From a virus (Duplodnaviria; Caudoviricetes): a stretch of 64,000 nucleotides of DNA. The stretch lies in the IMG/VR virus record IMGVR_UViG_3300016476_001378, one strand, 5' to 3'. Shown in pieces: positions 48,722-58,523 of the stretch. The position numbers and the translations under genes are program-made. The number at the start of each line of letters is the position of its first letter. Within the stretch, counting starts at the first letter, position 1. Under the pieces are notes generated by a model. That model was given only the letters and a program-made list of their open reading frames with translations. It did not search any database and was not told the origin of the DNA.

Positions 48722-49363
48722 TTAAAGAAGGGTGATGTACCAAAGTCCTGCTGCTGAATCGTATCTGTCGAGCTTAGCGACGACTGCACCCTGGTTGGTT
48801 GCGGAGCTCTGAACCTTAACAAGCTTACCAGCATTTGCGCCAGCGCCGTAGGTCAAGAGGTCATTGACTGCCCATGATGTGTAAGCAGAATCTGCAACAG
48901 AGGATGTGCTTGCGTCGTTGGTCTGGAAGTTTGCAACCTGGTCGGTTACGAACTGGCCTGGAGCCTGGTAAACGCCAACGCCACGGCGTGGACCCTGGTA
49001 GCCAGTGGAACCACTTGTGAGGTCTGTAGGACCTGTAACGGTTTCATCGAATGCAGCATTGTCTGCGAGACCACGCTTGATACCAACGAACCAGCCATTG
49101 TTTGCAGCCTGAACAACACCAGAGCCGTCAACATAAGTTGAACCAACTGGGTCAGCCTGGATGAAAGTAACGCCTGTCGCTGCTTTGTCGTCAGCTGAAA
49201 GACCAACGATTGCTGCAACGGATTGGTGTGCTGTGGTAGCACGGTTTGCCTTAACAACTAAACCATCAGTGCCTCTTGCGAGAACCATACCAGCATAGAA
49301 TACTGTGTCCTTAGCAACTGAGTAGTTGAATGGGAATACATTAATAAGTTCTTTAATTGCCAT
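48722..49363 (-). CDS. Capsid decoration/cement protein
   Basis: Immediately upstream of the capsid gene. G/A/T-rich beta-tulip-like pattern (FYAGMVL..IVGLSADDK..GQFVTDQ..NDLLTY..GKL). SD AGGAGG. Confidence 0.7.
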   Translation of the reverse strand: MAIKELINVFPFNYSVAKDTVFYAGMVLARGTDGLVVKANRATTAHQSVAAIVGLSADDKAATGVTFIQADPVGSTYVDGSGVVQAANNGWFVGIKRGLADNAAFDETVTGPTDLTSGSTGYQGPRRGVGVYQAPGQFVTDQVANFQTNDASTSSVADSAYTSWAVNDLLTYGAGANAGKLVKVQSSATNQGAVVAKLDRYDSAAGLWYITLL

Positions 49364-49418
49364 TTCTGGATTTCCTCCTAAAGGATTAAAACAAAATTAC
49401 CTAACTAAACGATGTAAA

Positions 49419-50993
49419 TTAACCTTCGAATTCTGGCTTAGAGAAAATATTCTTCAAAGCCTGCTGAAGATCTGTCGAAACATTGTTTGTTGAACCTGCA
49501 TAACCAGGGATTGTTGCCACGCCCTGCGCCGATGCTGTGCGGAGAGTCTTCTCTGCATGTGCGGACACAACGCGCTGCTCTGCACTCTGAGATACTCTCA
49601 ACATTTGAGCACCAGATGCAAGCATTGCCTTGACGGTCAAACCGTCATTTAACCACAAATCTACATTTGCTTCGACTTCATCAGCTGAAATCAAACCTGC
49701 AAGACAGAGTTTTGTGGATACGCCGTAAGCGGTCTTTAAACGAGCTCTGAAAACTTCAGCTTCCTTAGCCATGGATTCCCACTTAGCCTCAACAGCTGCA
49801 TCATCTTCCATGTCTTCTTTTTTGTCGTCTTCATCTTCTGCAATGGAAATATTCTCAATATTTGCCATCTTAGCCAAAGTGTCGATCTTAGAAGCATTGA
49901 TTTGGCGATAAAGATCCAAGCCTTCTGCGAAAGTAAGGTTGGAAATAACATCTTCTTCTACACCAGCTGTCTTAAGCTCATTGTAAAGGAATTCTTCAGC
50001 CTGATCTTCGTCAGAAAGATCAGATGCAATAACAACATTTGTGCGGCTGAGATTTTCTGTTTGTGTTGGAACTTCAAAATTACCAAATTCTGGTAAAATG
50101 CCTTGTGAAGGTGTTCCGCTAAATAAATCAAAATTAGCCTCATACATTGCAGAGTCTTCTACATTGCCGTCTTTCTTGACAGCATTTAACTCGTTCTTGA
50201 GACCAAGATGTTCTGGGTTAAGAGTTGGGACATCCTGCTTTGCAAAGGTTGGGTTTTGGTCGCGGAGGCTGTTGCCTTCGCTGCTTTGCATAGTCATTTT
50301 GTCGAACTTGCCTTCATTGCTGTACTGAGCATCTGCAGCATACTCAAAATCGGATGCAGTGCGTGTGTTTGCAAGAGAGGCAAGAATAGCTTCGCGCTGT
50401 TCGCGGGCAGTTCTATTCATGTTTTGTACCTTCCTGTTCGCTGTTGCAGGCATTTTGTCTGCGTTATCAGCGGGTAATTCTTCTGATTCTTCGGAAGTTG
50501 AATCTTCCTCTAAGTTGTCTTCTGCAACTGCACCATCACCGAAAACTTCGGCCATAGCCTTTTCGAGAGCTTGCTGGAATTCATCTACTTTATCAGCAGG
50601 TACTTCCACTTCGAGAGTCGCAACGTTGTCATCTACTTCGCCACTATCTTCCATGCCATTATCGTCCTGAACTTCATCCTCATCGGATTCAGCCATATCA
50701 TCATCATGGTCGGCATCTATATCTTTTGCGAAGTCGGCAGTCATTTGTGTGCCATGCTCGTCTGATCCCATAAACTCGCTAGGATCGATCCCCTCAGCCT
50801 CAAGTGCAGAAGGCATCATTGATTCACGATATGCAGCCGCTACGATTCTAGCTGAAGTTTCATCAAGGCCTGCTGTTTTGACTAAATCATTTACACAAGC
50901 ATTCATATCTTCGGCGTCTTCTACACGGATTTCTGCAATTCTCATTGCGCGTTTAAGAGCTTGACGTTGGGCGGTATCATTATTTAAAGCCAT
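49419..50993 (-). CDS. Putative capsid scaffolding protein, 524 aa
   Basis: Very acidic and helical, between protease and capsid genes. Amphipathic C-terminal helix DLQQALKNIF. Confidence 0.65.
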   Translation of the reverse strand: MALNNDTAQRQALKRAMRIAEIRVEDAEDMNACVNDLVKTAGLDETSARIVAAAYRESMMPSALEAEGIDPSEFMGSDEHGTQMTADFAKDIDADHDDDMAESDEDEVQDDNGMEDSGEVDDNVATLEVEVPADKVDEFQQALEKAMAEVFGDGAVAEDNLEEDSTSEESEELPADNADKMPATANRKVQNMNRTAREQREAILASLANTRTASDFEYAADAQYSNEGKFDKMTMQSSEGNSLRDQNPTFAKQDVPTLNPEHLGLKNELNAVKKDGNVEDSAMYEANFDLFSGTPSQGILPEFGNFEVPTQTENLSRTNVVIASDLSDEDQAEEFLYNELKTAGVEEDVISNLTFAEGLDLYRQINASKIDTLAKMANIENISIAEDEDDKKEDMEDDAAVEAKWESMAKEAEVFRARLKTAYGVSTKLCLAGLISADEVEANVDLWLNDGLTVKAMLASGAQMLRVSQSAEQRVVSAHAEKTLRTASAQGVATIPGYAGSTNNVSTDLQQALKNIFSKPEFEG

Positions 50994-51016
50994 AGTGTCT
51001 GCTCCCTTCTCTAATC

Positions 51017-51043
51017 TATTTCTGTAAATTATTCCATTTACCT
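51017..51043 (-). promoter_or_regulatory. AGG-class promoter candidate for scaffold-decoration-capsid operon
   Basis: GCAGGT-N17-GAAATA upstream of 50993. Confidence 0.55.
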
Positions 51044-51148
51044 GCTTATTTTTTTAAAAAAGTTATTACAGTTTAAATCGCAAATCAGAAAATGACATGA
51101 ATTTATCACTAATAAACATAACAGATTAAGAAATTTTATACAATAAAG

Positions 51149-51188
51149 AATAAATAAAAGGGGGTCAAAAAGCCCCCTTTTATTTATT
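51149..51188. terminator. Bidirectional intrinsic terminator after the protease gene
   Basis: aataaataaaaggggg...cccccttttatttatt, 16-bp arms. Confidence 0.85.
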
Positions 51189-51194
51189 TAATTG

Positions 51195-54100
51195 TTAGAC
51201 AATCTTGTCGATACTTACAGAAACCTTGGTCTTGTCATCAGAGCTCGCATGAACTCTTGGGATGTAAACCTCACCACAGCTGTAGCAGAATCTGTGAGCC
51301 TGAACCTTCTTAGCTTCACGGTTTCCACAGGATGGGCAAATGTGTCCAACTGGAAGTGTGCTTGCTGTTGTTGGGTTAAAGTCAGCAGAAGCTGCTCTAA
51401 TAAAGACCTCTGGATCTTGCTTCCATGACAATCTAACCATGATTGGCATAGAGCTTGCCATGGCAGGAGCGCCTGGCATACCTGGTGCTGCAGGAGCAGC
51501 TGGCTCTGGAGCTGGTGCAGTAGCAGCACCTAATCCCATTTCGCCACCAAGTGGAGCTTCAGGAGCTGGAGCTTCGGCAGCTGGAGCCTCAGGAGCTGTT
51601 GCTCCGTCGCCAGATTCAACTTCGGTATCGCTACCTGGGTTGATGGTGATTTGGTAGCTGATGGTCATGTCGGTACCACAGCTATTACAATGTCCCTTGC
51701 CATCTGCGAGATCAACATCTTTACCGCCACAGGAAGGACAGATGCTACCGATAGGAAGCTTCTTGCCTGGTTCTGGTAAATCATCAGTGTCGACATCAGC
51801 TGCGCCAGCATCAGTATCTGCCATAGGTTGTGTCAATGCGCTGAGTCCTGGGCCACCTGCTAAGTTTGCACCTGCAGCAGCACCCATAGCTGGGGCTTGT
51901 GCCATTGCTGGAGCACCCATACCTGGAACAGCTTGTGCAAATCTTGCAATGATTTCTTTTCTCTTGGCTTGGCGAAGAGCCTTAGCTGAAGCTGTTGCAA
52001 TAACACCCTCATCTTCAACTTGTTGACCAACAGGGCCAAGATTTTCACCACCCTCAAGTGTTTCTGCGCCCATGCCTTCAGGCATTTCTTCAGCTGGCAT
52101 GTCAGGTGTGAAAGTTTTTGTAAATCTTGATGTTACAGAAGCGTTGATGTAGCCATCTGCAGAAACGCTAACTTCATTCAATGAGAATGTATTAGGATCT
52201 ACTGTGTAGCCAGCGCTTGATAAAAGCTGCATAGCCTTGTCGCGGAACTGTGCTTCAAAATCTTCGCTTGAAGGATCGATACCGCCAAGATCCTCAACTG
52301 TACAATTGATTCTCTTAGTAACGATCTTCTCGTCAACAATCTGAACCTTTGCAGTCTTGACCAATTTGGCTACAAGATTCTCTGCAACCTTAGGATTCTG
52401 AGTTGTGAGGCTTGCAGCTTCTGCAATAGCCTTTGAAGAATGACCAAATTCCATGCTGTAATCAGCCATCCAGCCGATAATATTCTCTGTAACATCGTTT
52501 GCAGAAGCAAGTCTTGTTGAACCAAAGAAGTCTTTTCTAGCTCTTGCTGCTAAGCGATCAGCAGTTGCCTTTTCAGACTTAGCAAATTCAACTCTAGCAA
52601 TAAGGTCATCTGTGTCAATTGAAGAAATAGCATCAACAACCTCAGCAGGAGTAATCATAGCATCTTCAACAGATGCTGCGAAAGCCATAAGGGTTGTCTT
52701 CAAGTGCTCTCTGCTAACTTCATCATCACTGCCAACGGAAGCCAATGCAGCCTTGAGAAGATCTGTTCTGGAAGCCTTGATGGAAGAAACTGTAGGAACA
52801 ATGTTTGAATTCTTAACAAGTTCTGTAGCAGCAGCTGTGACTGTATTAACAACAGTTTCGTAATTTGACTTAGCAGAAGACAAAACAGCACGTACATCAC
52901 TTGCTGAAACTTCCTTGCCAGTAACCTTGCCCAACTCATTGTAGATAGCTGCAACTGGGGAAAGAACAACAGTCTTGTTATGGAAAGACTTGCGGGAAGC
53001 TACAACTTCTCTTCTCTTAGAACCAAGTTGTGCCAACTTGACAAGATGAGCAAATTCCTTCTTGCTTGCCAATGCGATAGCAACATCAACGATCTCTTCA
53101 GGAGTAACCTGTGATGTAACAACAGCATTTGCAAGAGCGGTAAGTGCAACCTTTACAACAGAGCTTGCAGAAGCAGCAGAGTGCTCCTTCTGAACTGCAG
53201 TCAATTGCTCTTCGATAACTTCTTCAGGATTGCCAAATCTGGCATCCTCAAGTAAAGCTTCCTTAACATCGTCATCTGTAAAGTTTCTGCCATAAAGACC
53301 AGCTTCATTCTCGATAAGATCTTCCATGACTTCAAGCTTGTCAGCATTAACTTCACCGCCGACACCAGCAATCTCTTCAGCTTGTGACTTTTCACCAGCA
53401 GGATTGTTTCTCTTGTATCTTTCAGCAGCAGCACTACCTAAAAGCTCTTCAATAACAGTATCATAAGAACCCTTGTGCATAGGCTCAAGAGCCTCTTCCA
53501 AGATGGTTTCTCTGTGCTCAGGATGCCAATTTGAAGTAACACTTCTACCATTTGACTTAGCAGCGCTAACAGCACGGCTGAAATCTGACAAGAATTCAGC
53601 AGCTACTTCAATGCCATTGCCAGAAGCAATTGCCTCAAGGTGCATGTCACTAATGTTAGGCTCCCAAGCAATTCTAGTATTGTTGTGATAAGCTTCAACA
53701 TCGCCCTTAGAAGAAATGACAATCTTGTTGCCCATTTTGTCTTCCAATTCGAACTTTTCAGTAGCCTTGGCAGCTTGCTTTAATCTGCGCTGTTGGGTAA
53801 ATTTTTCCCAAATGCTCATGTTTTTATTTCCTCCCGACACCTTATTTGTAGGTGAATTAGTTTTAATCGGCTGATTGTTATTTGCCGCGCGAACACTAGC
53901 GACTTGGCCAGGTGCGGCGACCCCAAGTGCAGAGGCAAGATTCTCGAGAGCCTTGCCAAAATTCTCTCTCTTGTTACCACGAACTTTAGTAGAAGCGGTT
54001 GCAACTCTGCTAACTTCTTCACCAGTGTGTGACCACACGATCATTCTGGAAGAATTATTAGAAGCTACTGCGCCACCACCAATGCTTTGTTGCATTTCTT

Positions 54101-55472
54101 GTGGTAAAACAAATGCTTGGTTTTGGGTCATCATTTGACCAACATTACCAGCTGGTGAATAACTTTGCTGTGCTGTTTGTGGTGCAGCGGCTGCAGCCTG
54201 TGGTTGTTGCTCAGCTAATTGACCCTGATTAATAGGGGCCTGCTGCTGACCACCAGCATCAACACCATCGTCAATCAAATCTTGCATGGTTGCCTGTAAA
54301 TCAGCCATGGATTTGGAAATTTTAGAAACGTGTGCTAAATCTACATTATCTTTTCTTGCAAACATGTTGATAATAGAAACTTCTAAGAAGTTCAATGCAA
54401 GATTGAGCATGTCTAAGATGTTTAAGCCAGAAGCAGGGTCAATTCCTAAATACTTAAGAATGTTTGTGACTGTTGCATTTTGGCCACCGCCATCACCTGC
54501 TAAAAGTGGGCCCCCTACTAATGTTTGAGCAACTCTTAATGCAGACTTGGTAGCAGCGCTAATCTGTCTTAAATCATTTTCATACTCTTTACGATCAACA
54601 ACTGTTGAAGGAATGCTGCTTGCAGCAAGCATAACATTGCTGTGAAGTTCACTAGCTTTCTTTTCCAAGGTTACAGCCTTGGTAAGAATGTCATCCTTAT
54701 CGTAAATTTCTTCAATCTCACAAGTTGGGAAAGCACCATCTCCAACAACTGACAATTCAATAAATTTGAGGCCCATGTTTTTCTCATAAACCTTCTTGCC
54801 ATTTTTTGGATTGATCTTGCCCTTAAATTTCTTTAAGTGTTCGCAGTAATCACGCTCTGTGACAGCAATATTGCCACACTCAGAACATTCTCCGCTTTCA
54901 ACTTGGCATCCCATGGAAACATCATGCATGTAACCAACGCGAATACCCCTTGCAATATCTGGATATGCCGACTCGTCTACATAAAATACAGTATAAACAC
55001 AATTCTCACTATCATCCCATTCAGCATGGACAACCATGCCCTTGGCTTCAAGAACGTCATCATTTTTATGATTTGCATAGATAGGAACGCCCTCAAAAGT
55101 CTTGTAGGCTGGCCCCTTTGTTTTAACTTTCTTGCCCTCTGAATCTGTTTGAATAATATCAACTTCTTTTAGAAGTTCAGATTTAGCAAAATAGTCTCCA
55201 TTTGCATTGACAGTATCTGCATCAATTGCTCTAGCACGAACCCAGAGAAGCTTCTCATCTCTTAGTTCATTCATAATCTTGATTACATCTGTGTCTTTGT
55301 ATTTTTCCAAAACATCATCGACTTCAGCGTAGAGTGACTGTAACCCATCCTTAGCAGCCTCTCTAATCGTTGAGGCAATGCGAAGGTTGGAATTTTTTAT
55401 TTCATTACGGTCTGTTGTATTTAAAAATGAATTTAAATTAATAAGACCTCCTGAAATGCCTTGTTTTATCAT
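51195..55472 (-). CDS. Prohead maturation protease polyprotein (HK97/herpes assemblin-fold domain, long helical region, zinc ribbons), 1425 aa
   Basis: NANGDYF, TFEGVPIYANH (His), DVSMGC (Ser), CSECGN..CEH insert and FIELSVV..GA. C-terminal CPSCG..CNSCG and CPSCG..CYSCG. Confidence 0.8.
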   Translation of the reverse strand: MIKQGISGGLINLNSFLNTTDRNEIKNSNLRIASTIREAAKDGLQSLYAEVDDVLEKYKDTDVIKIMNELRDEKLLWVRARAIDADTVNANGDYFAKSELLKEVDIIQTDSEGKKVKTKGPAYKTFEGVPIYANHKNDDVLEAKGMVVHAEWDDSENCVYTVFYVDESAYPDIARGIRVGYMHDVSMGCQVESGECSECGNIAVTERDYCEHLKKFKGKINPKNGKKVYEKNMGLKFIELSVVGDGAFPTCEIEEIYDKDDILTKAVTLEKKASELHSNVMLAASSIPSTVVDRKEYENDLRQISAATKSALRVAQTLVGGPLLAGDGGGQNATVTNILKYLGIDPASGLNILDMLNLALNFLEVSIINMFARKDNVDLAHVSKISKSMADLQATMQDLIDDGVDAGGQQQAPINQGQLAEQQPQAAAAAPQTAQQSYSPAGNVGQMMTQNQAFVLPQEMQQSIGGGAVASNNSSRMIVWSHTGEEVSRVATASTKVRGNKRENFGKALENLASALGVAAPGQVASVRAANNNQPIKTNSPTNKVSGGNKNMSIWEKFTQQRRLKQAAKATEKFELEDKMGNKIVISSKGDVEAYHNNTRIAWEPNISDMHLEAIASGNGIEVAAEFLSDFSRAVSAAKSNGRSVTSNWHPEHRETILEEALEPMHKGSYDTVIEELLGSAAAERYKRNNPAGEKSQAEEIAGVGGEVNADKLEVMEDLIENEAGLYGRNFTDDDVKEALLEDARFGNPEEVIEEQLTAVQKEHSAASASSVVKVALTALANAVVTSQVTPEEIVDVAIALASKKEFAHLVKLAQLGSKRREVVASRKSFHNKTVVLSPVAAIYNELGKVTGKEVSASDVRAVLSSAKSNYETVVNTVTAAATELVKNSNIVPTVSSIKASRTDLLKAALASVGSDDEVSREHLKTTLMAFAASVEDAMITPAEVVDAISSIDTDDLIARVEFAKSEKATADRLAARARKDFFGSTRLASANDVTENIIGWMADYSMEFGHSSKAIAEAASLTTQNPKVAENLVAKLVKTAKVQIVDEKIVTKRINCTVEDLGGIDPSSEDFEAQFRDKAMQLLSSAGYTVDPNTFSLNEVSVSADGYINASVTSRFTKTFTPDMPAEEMPEGMGAETLEGGENLGPVGQQVEDEGVIATASAKALRQAKRKEIIARFAQAVPGMGAPAMAQAPAMGAAAGANLAGGPGLSALTQPMADTDAGAADVDTDDLPEPGKKLPIGSICPSCGGKDVDLADGKGHCNSCGTDMTISYQITINPGSDTEVESGDGATAPEAPAAEAPAPEAPLGGEMGLGAATAPAPEPAAPAAPGMPGAPAMASSMPIMVRLSWKQDPEVFIRAASADFNPTTASTLPVGHICPSCGNREAKKVQAHRFCYSCGEVYIPRVHASSDDKTKVSVSIDKIV

Positions 55473-55540
55473 ATGGCTTCCTCTGTAGCGCTTGAATTAG
55501 AATTTTTTTGAAAAAATCAAAAATTAAACTCTAAATAAAC

Positions 55541-55567
55541 TATTTAGCTTATTTTAATTAGAGTCCT
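55541..55567 (-). promoter_or_regulatory. AGG-class promoter candidate for the protease gene
   Basis: GCAGGA-N17-TAAATA upstream of 55472. Confidence 0.55.
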
Positions 55568-55600
55568 GCGTTTTTCAAAATTTATACTTAAGATTGTACA

Positions 55601-55627
55601 AAAAAGCCCTCTGTTTTAGAGGGCTTT
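55601..55627 (-). terminator. Intrinsic terminator after the portal gene
   Basis: aaagccctct-gtttt-agagggcttt with a T run on the minus strand. Confidence 0.85.
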
Positions 55628-55630
55628 AGT

Positions 55631-57955
55631 TTAGCTTGCTAATTTCTTAATAGCGTTGAAGATTACTTGCACAACTTCGTGTTGCTTGTTGTCTAGTTCT
55701 TCTTCTGTAAATCTAAGAACTGTCCAACCTTGTGATGCTAGTTCCATGTCTCTGCGCTTGTCTTTGTCGATGTCTGCTGGATTAGCATGGAATTTTTTAG
55801 AATCAGCTTCTATTCCAAGTTTTAGATCAGGAATTGCGGCATCTAATTGATATTTATTATTGGGGCCAGCTTGATACTGGGCATAAATAGCAAATGGGAT
55901 GTTTTGTGCAAGAATTAAATTGTAAAGTTTTTGTTCCCAACTGGTAAACAATTGAATTGATTGAGTTGGATACTTTTTCTTTGCTGTGATAATCTTGCCT
56001 TCGCTTACTAAGCCTTGATATTCATTAACTGCATAGGCGTTAATTGGCCATGTAAATACTGTAAATCCTGGGCCTGGTTCAATTAAGGCAATCATTTCTT
56101 CAGGCATTTCTGGAAGTGGGCCAACTAAGCCTCTGCCAGTAACCTTAAACTCATGTTGTAAGAAATCTTTGTGTGCAGCAGATTTTATTCTTGCACTAGC
56201 AATTCTTGTGGAAGCGCGCTCGTTATAAACTTCTGATTGCTCATCATAAATTTCTTTAATTAAAGTAGAGGCCAATCTGTATGCTTCTGCGGGATTTTCA
56301 ACAGATGCTAGGGCTGGCAAACCAGCAGGAGCCCCTAAACCAGCAGGAGCTGGTAAAGCACCTGGGGAAGGAGGCATTCCTAATCCACCGTCAAGTCCCA
56401 TTCCAGCAGGGGCTCCATAACCCATGCCTGATACACTACCTAAGCCAGCAATTGTATTAGGTGTAACAACATTTGCAGCTTGCTCATAGCGAAGTCTTTC
56501 AACTTCTTGGTCAAAGTCAATGTTGAAATATTCATACATTGTTTGAGCAGAGATTTTACCATTTTTAAATAAGTCTGCTAAAACTTGAATTACACCAGTG
56601 TTGTCTCTTAGTTGGGTGTCATCCCATTTGATGGAAGGATAAATAAATTCATCTTCGCCTCTGTCGCCCTTCGTTGTGAAACCATTCCACATAGCAACTT
56701 GGCGGAAAATTCTTTCCTCAATCCAATAAGCAACTTGGTTTCTGATCTGATCCAGTCTCTTGTTTAAGGCTAACAAACCAACTTGTGCATTAGAATAAGA
56801 GGGGCCATCACCATTAATGATAGCTTTATTTAATGAGAGAGCATTGATAAACTCTGTTTCAATGCCTTCCATCTCATTTGTGATTGGGAGAATTTTACTG
56901 TTTGCACCAACAAAATCAAAATCAACAGCGTGGTGAGTAACAATAGTAAGAAGTGGATCCATTGCAACATTTGCAAGTTCTTCTTGCATTGTTTCAAGGT
57001 CTTCTTCACTAGCAGGGCGATTATCATTACCAATTTTGACCATCTTGATTGGTAGAATGTGTCTTTCTGCTATAAGCCATTGTGCTGTTCTAAGTTTGTC
57101 CTTATAAGCATAAACGCCCATAAGTCTCTTGAGAATGGATGTTCCATAAGGGGCAAAAGCAGATGAACCATGCTTTAGATGCCAAACAGCCTCATTTGAA
57201 AGCTTAATTGGCTGCCCTTGGAGAATAATTGGTCTTAATGCTTCTGGAATTGCATTATATTGTTCTGCTGGTTGTTGCTCTCTTACAATTCTTACCAAAT
57301 TTTCATCTGGAGTGTAGAAATAAGAAGCTGGCATGTCACCAAAGCCAGGTGTAATTTCAATATAGTCAGGATTTAAAATATCAATGTGGCTGATGGTTCC
57401 GCCTTCGTGGTCACATTGGTTGCCTTTAGCATCTGTTCCTAAGCCTTCACACTTTGGACAAGAAATTGTAGCAAATAAAATAACATCACCATGCAAATAA
57501 TAATGGTGAGCAATTTGCGGCATCAAGCTTACAAGATTTAATTTTTTTGAAAGCTTTTCAAAGTAACCTTTGACGTAAGGTGACCCACATTCAATCTTAA
57601 ATCCAGCCAAGGGGAAATCTGAATAAAAGTCAATACCAGCAGCAACGATAGGTTCATTGTCATAAATCCATTGGGCCCAAGTATAAACTTCTTTTCTGTT
57701 TGTTGGTACTTGGAAAGCCTGGGGCTGAGTAAACGGAGTATAGAAATTTGGAGAAGTGTAAGTTGTATTTACTTGAGCAGTTCTCATTGCTTGTCTAGCT
57801 CTTGAATCCATAAGATTCATAGATCTAGCGCCAGGTAAAGACCTACCTGATTTTTCAGAAGGCATCATTCCAGAGACTTCTCTGCCTGTAACTTCAGCTG
57901 TTGCTCTTCTTAAAACACTTGTAAGTGTTGGTATATTCTCTTTACCTTTTGGCAC
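55631..57955 (-). CDS. Portal protein with a C-terminal DUF559/Vsr-like endonuclease domain, 774 aa
   Basis: Portal motifs (YDNEPIVAAGIDFYSDFP, ILNPDYIEI, VWHLKH..PYGTSIL, YPSIKWD, ISAQTMYEYFNIDFDQEVERL). C-terminal YQLDAAIPDLKLGIEADSKKFH..DKRRDMELASQGWTVLRF. GTG start, SD GAGG. Confidence 0.85.
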   Translation of the reverse strand: MPKGKENIPTLTSVLRRATAEVTGREVSGMMPSEKSGRSLPGARSMNLMDSRARQAMRTAQVNTTYTSPNFYTPFTQPQAFQVPTNRKEVYTWAQWIYDNEPIVAAGIDFYSDFPLAGFKIECGSPYVKGYFEKLSKKLNLVSLMPQIAHHYYLHGDVILFATISCPKCEGLGTDAKGNQCDHEGGTISHIDILNPDYIEITPGFGDMPASYFYTPDENLVRIVREQQPAEQYNAIPEALRPIILQGQPIKLSNEAVWHLKHGSSAFAPYGTSILKRLMGVYAYKDKLRTAQWLIAERHILPIKMVKIGNDNRPASEEDLETMQEELANVAMDPLLTIVTHHAVDFDFVGANSKILPITNEMEGIETEFINALSLNKAIINGDGPSYSNAQVGLLALNKRLDQIRNQVAYWIEERIFRQVAMWNGFTTKGDRGEDEFIYPSIKWDDTQLRDNTGVIQVLADLFKNGKISAQTMYEYFNIDFDQEVERLRYEQAANVVTPNTIAGLGSVSGMGYGAPAGMGLDGGLGMPPSPGALPAPAGLGAPAGLPALASVENPAEAYRLASTLIKEIYDEQSEVYNERASTRIASARIKSAAHKDFLQHEFKVTGRGLVGPLPEMPEEMIALIEPGPGFTVFTWPINAYAVNEYQGLVSEGKIITAKKKYPTQSIQLFTSWEQKLYNLILAQNIPFAIYAQYQAGPNNKYQLDAAIPDLKLGIEADSKKFHANPADIDKDKRRDMELASQGWTVLRFTEEELDNKQHEVVQVIFNAIKKLAS

Positions 57956-57979
57956 AATGAAACCCTCAATTTTTATTTA

Positions 57980-58008
57980 ATTATACAAAATTTAATAACC
58001 GATGGCAA
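57980..58008 (-). promoter_or_regulatory. Sigma70/SigA-like promoter upstream of the portal gene
   Basis: TTGCCA-17 nt-TATAAT on the minus strand. Confidence 0.65.
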
Positions 58009-58010
58009 TC

Positions 58011-58523
58011 TTACCAAGAATATTGTGTGCCCGGTCTATTAGATGGTACAATGCCTGGGCCATTATCATAAGACTTGGCTACAAATGCGCTGTTGTTGCT
58101 TTTGTGAACCGTTGGCGCATCTCCATTACCGCTAAAGATAGAGTCAATAGATTGTCTATGCTCTGTTTCTAATGCCTCTTCTAATGTACCACCTTGATAA
58201 GGGTCCATTAAATTTACAGTAACATATTTGCTTTTGTAAAGTTGCTTAGAAGTTCTATTCATAGGCTCTTGATGTAAAGCTTGTAATTTTTCTTCAAGGG
58301 TTTTAGAATAAGCGTCTATAGCTGGATTTTTTAAAATGTGATCTGTAAATTCCAAGGCTCTAGTTTTGCCAACTGCATAATTGTCATTCTCATCGACAGA
58401 CTCAGGCTTTTCATCAGGCGGGCCATTGATGCCCCCTGGCAAATCTAAAGCAGGTTCTTCATGGCTGGATTTTACATCTGGGATGAGTCCAGCCATGAAA
58501 TTATTACTTTGGCGATACCACAT
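58011..58523 (-). CDS. Hypothetical head-associated protein, 170 aa (MWYRQS leader)
   Basis: Co-oriented directly upstream of the portal gene, with two TLEE.L repeats. Confidence 0.7.
   Translation of the reverse strand: MWYRQSNNFMAGLIPDVKSSHEEPALDLPGGINGPPDEKPESVDENDNYAVGKTRALEFTDHILKNPAIDAYSKTLEEKLQALHQEPMNRTSKQLYKSKYVTVNLMDPYQGGTLEEALETEHRQSIDSIFSGNGDAPTVHKSNNSAFVAKSYDNGPGIVPSNRPGTQYSW

Noticed and set aside
47821-49363. Higher-GC segment as a horizontally acquired island
   Set aside because: It coincides exactly with the capsid and decoration genes and is better explained by codon bias for high expression.
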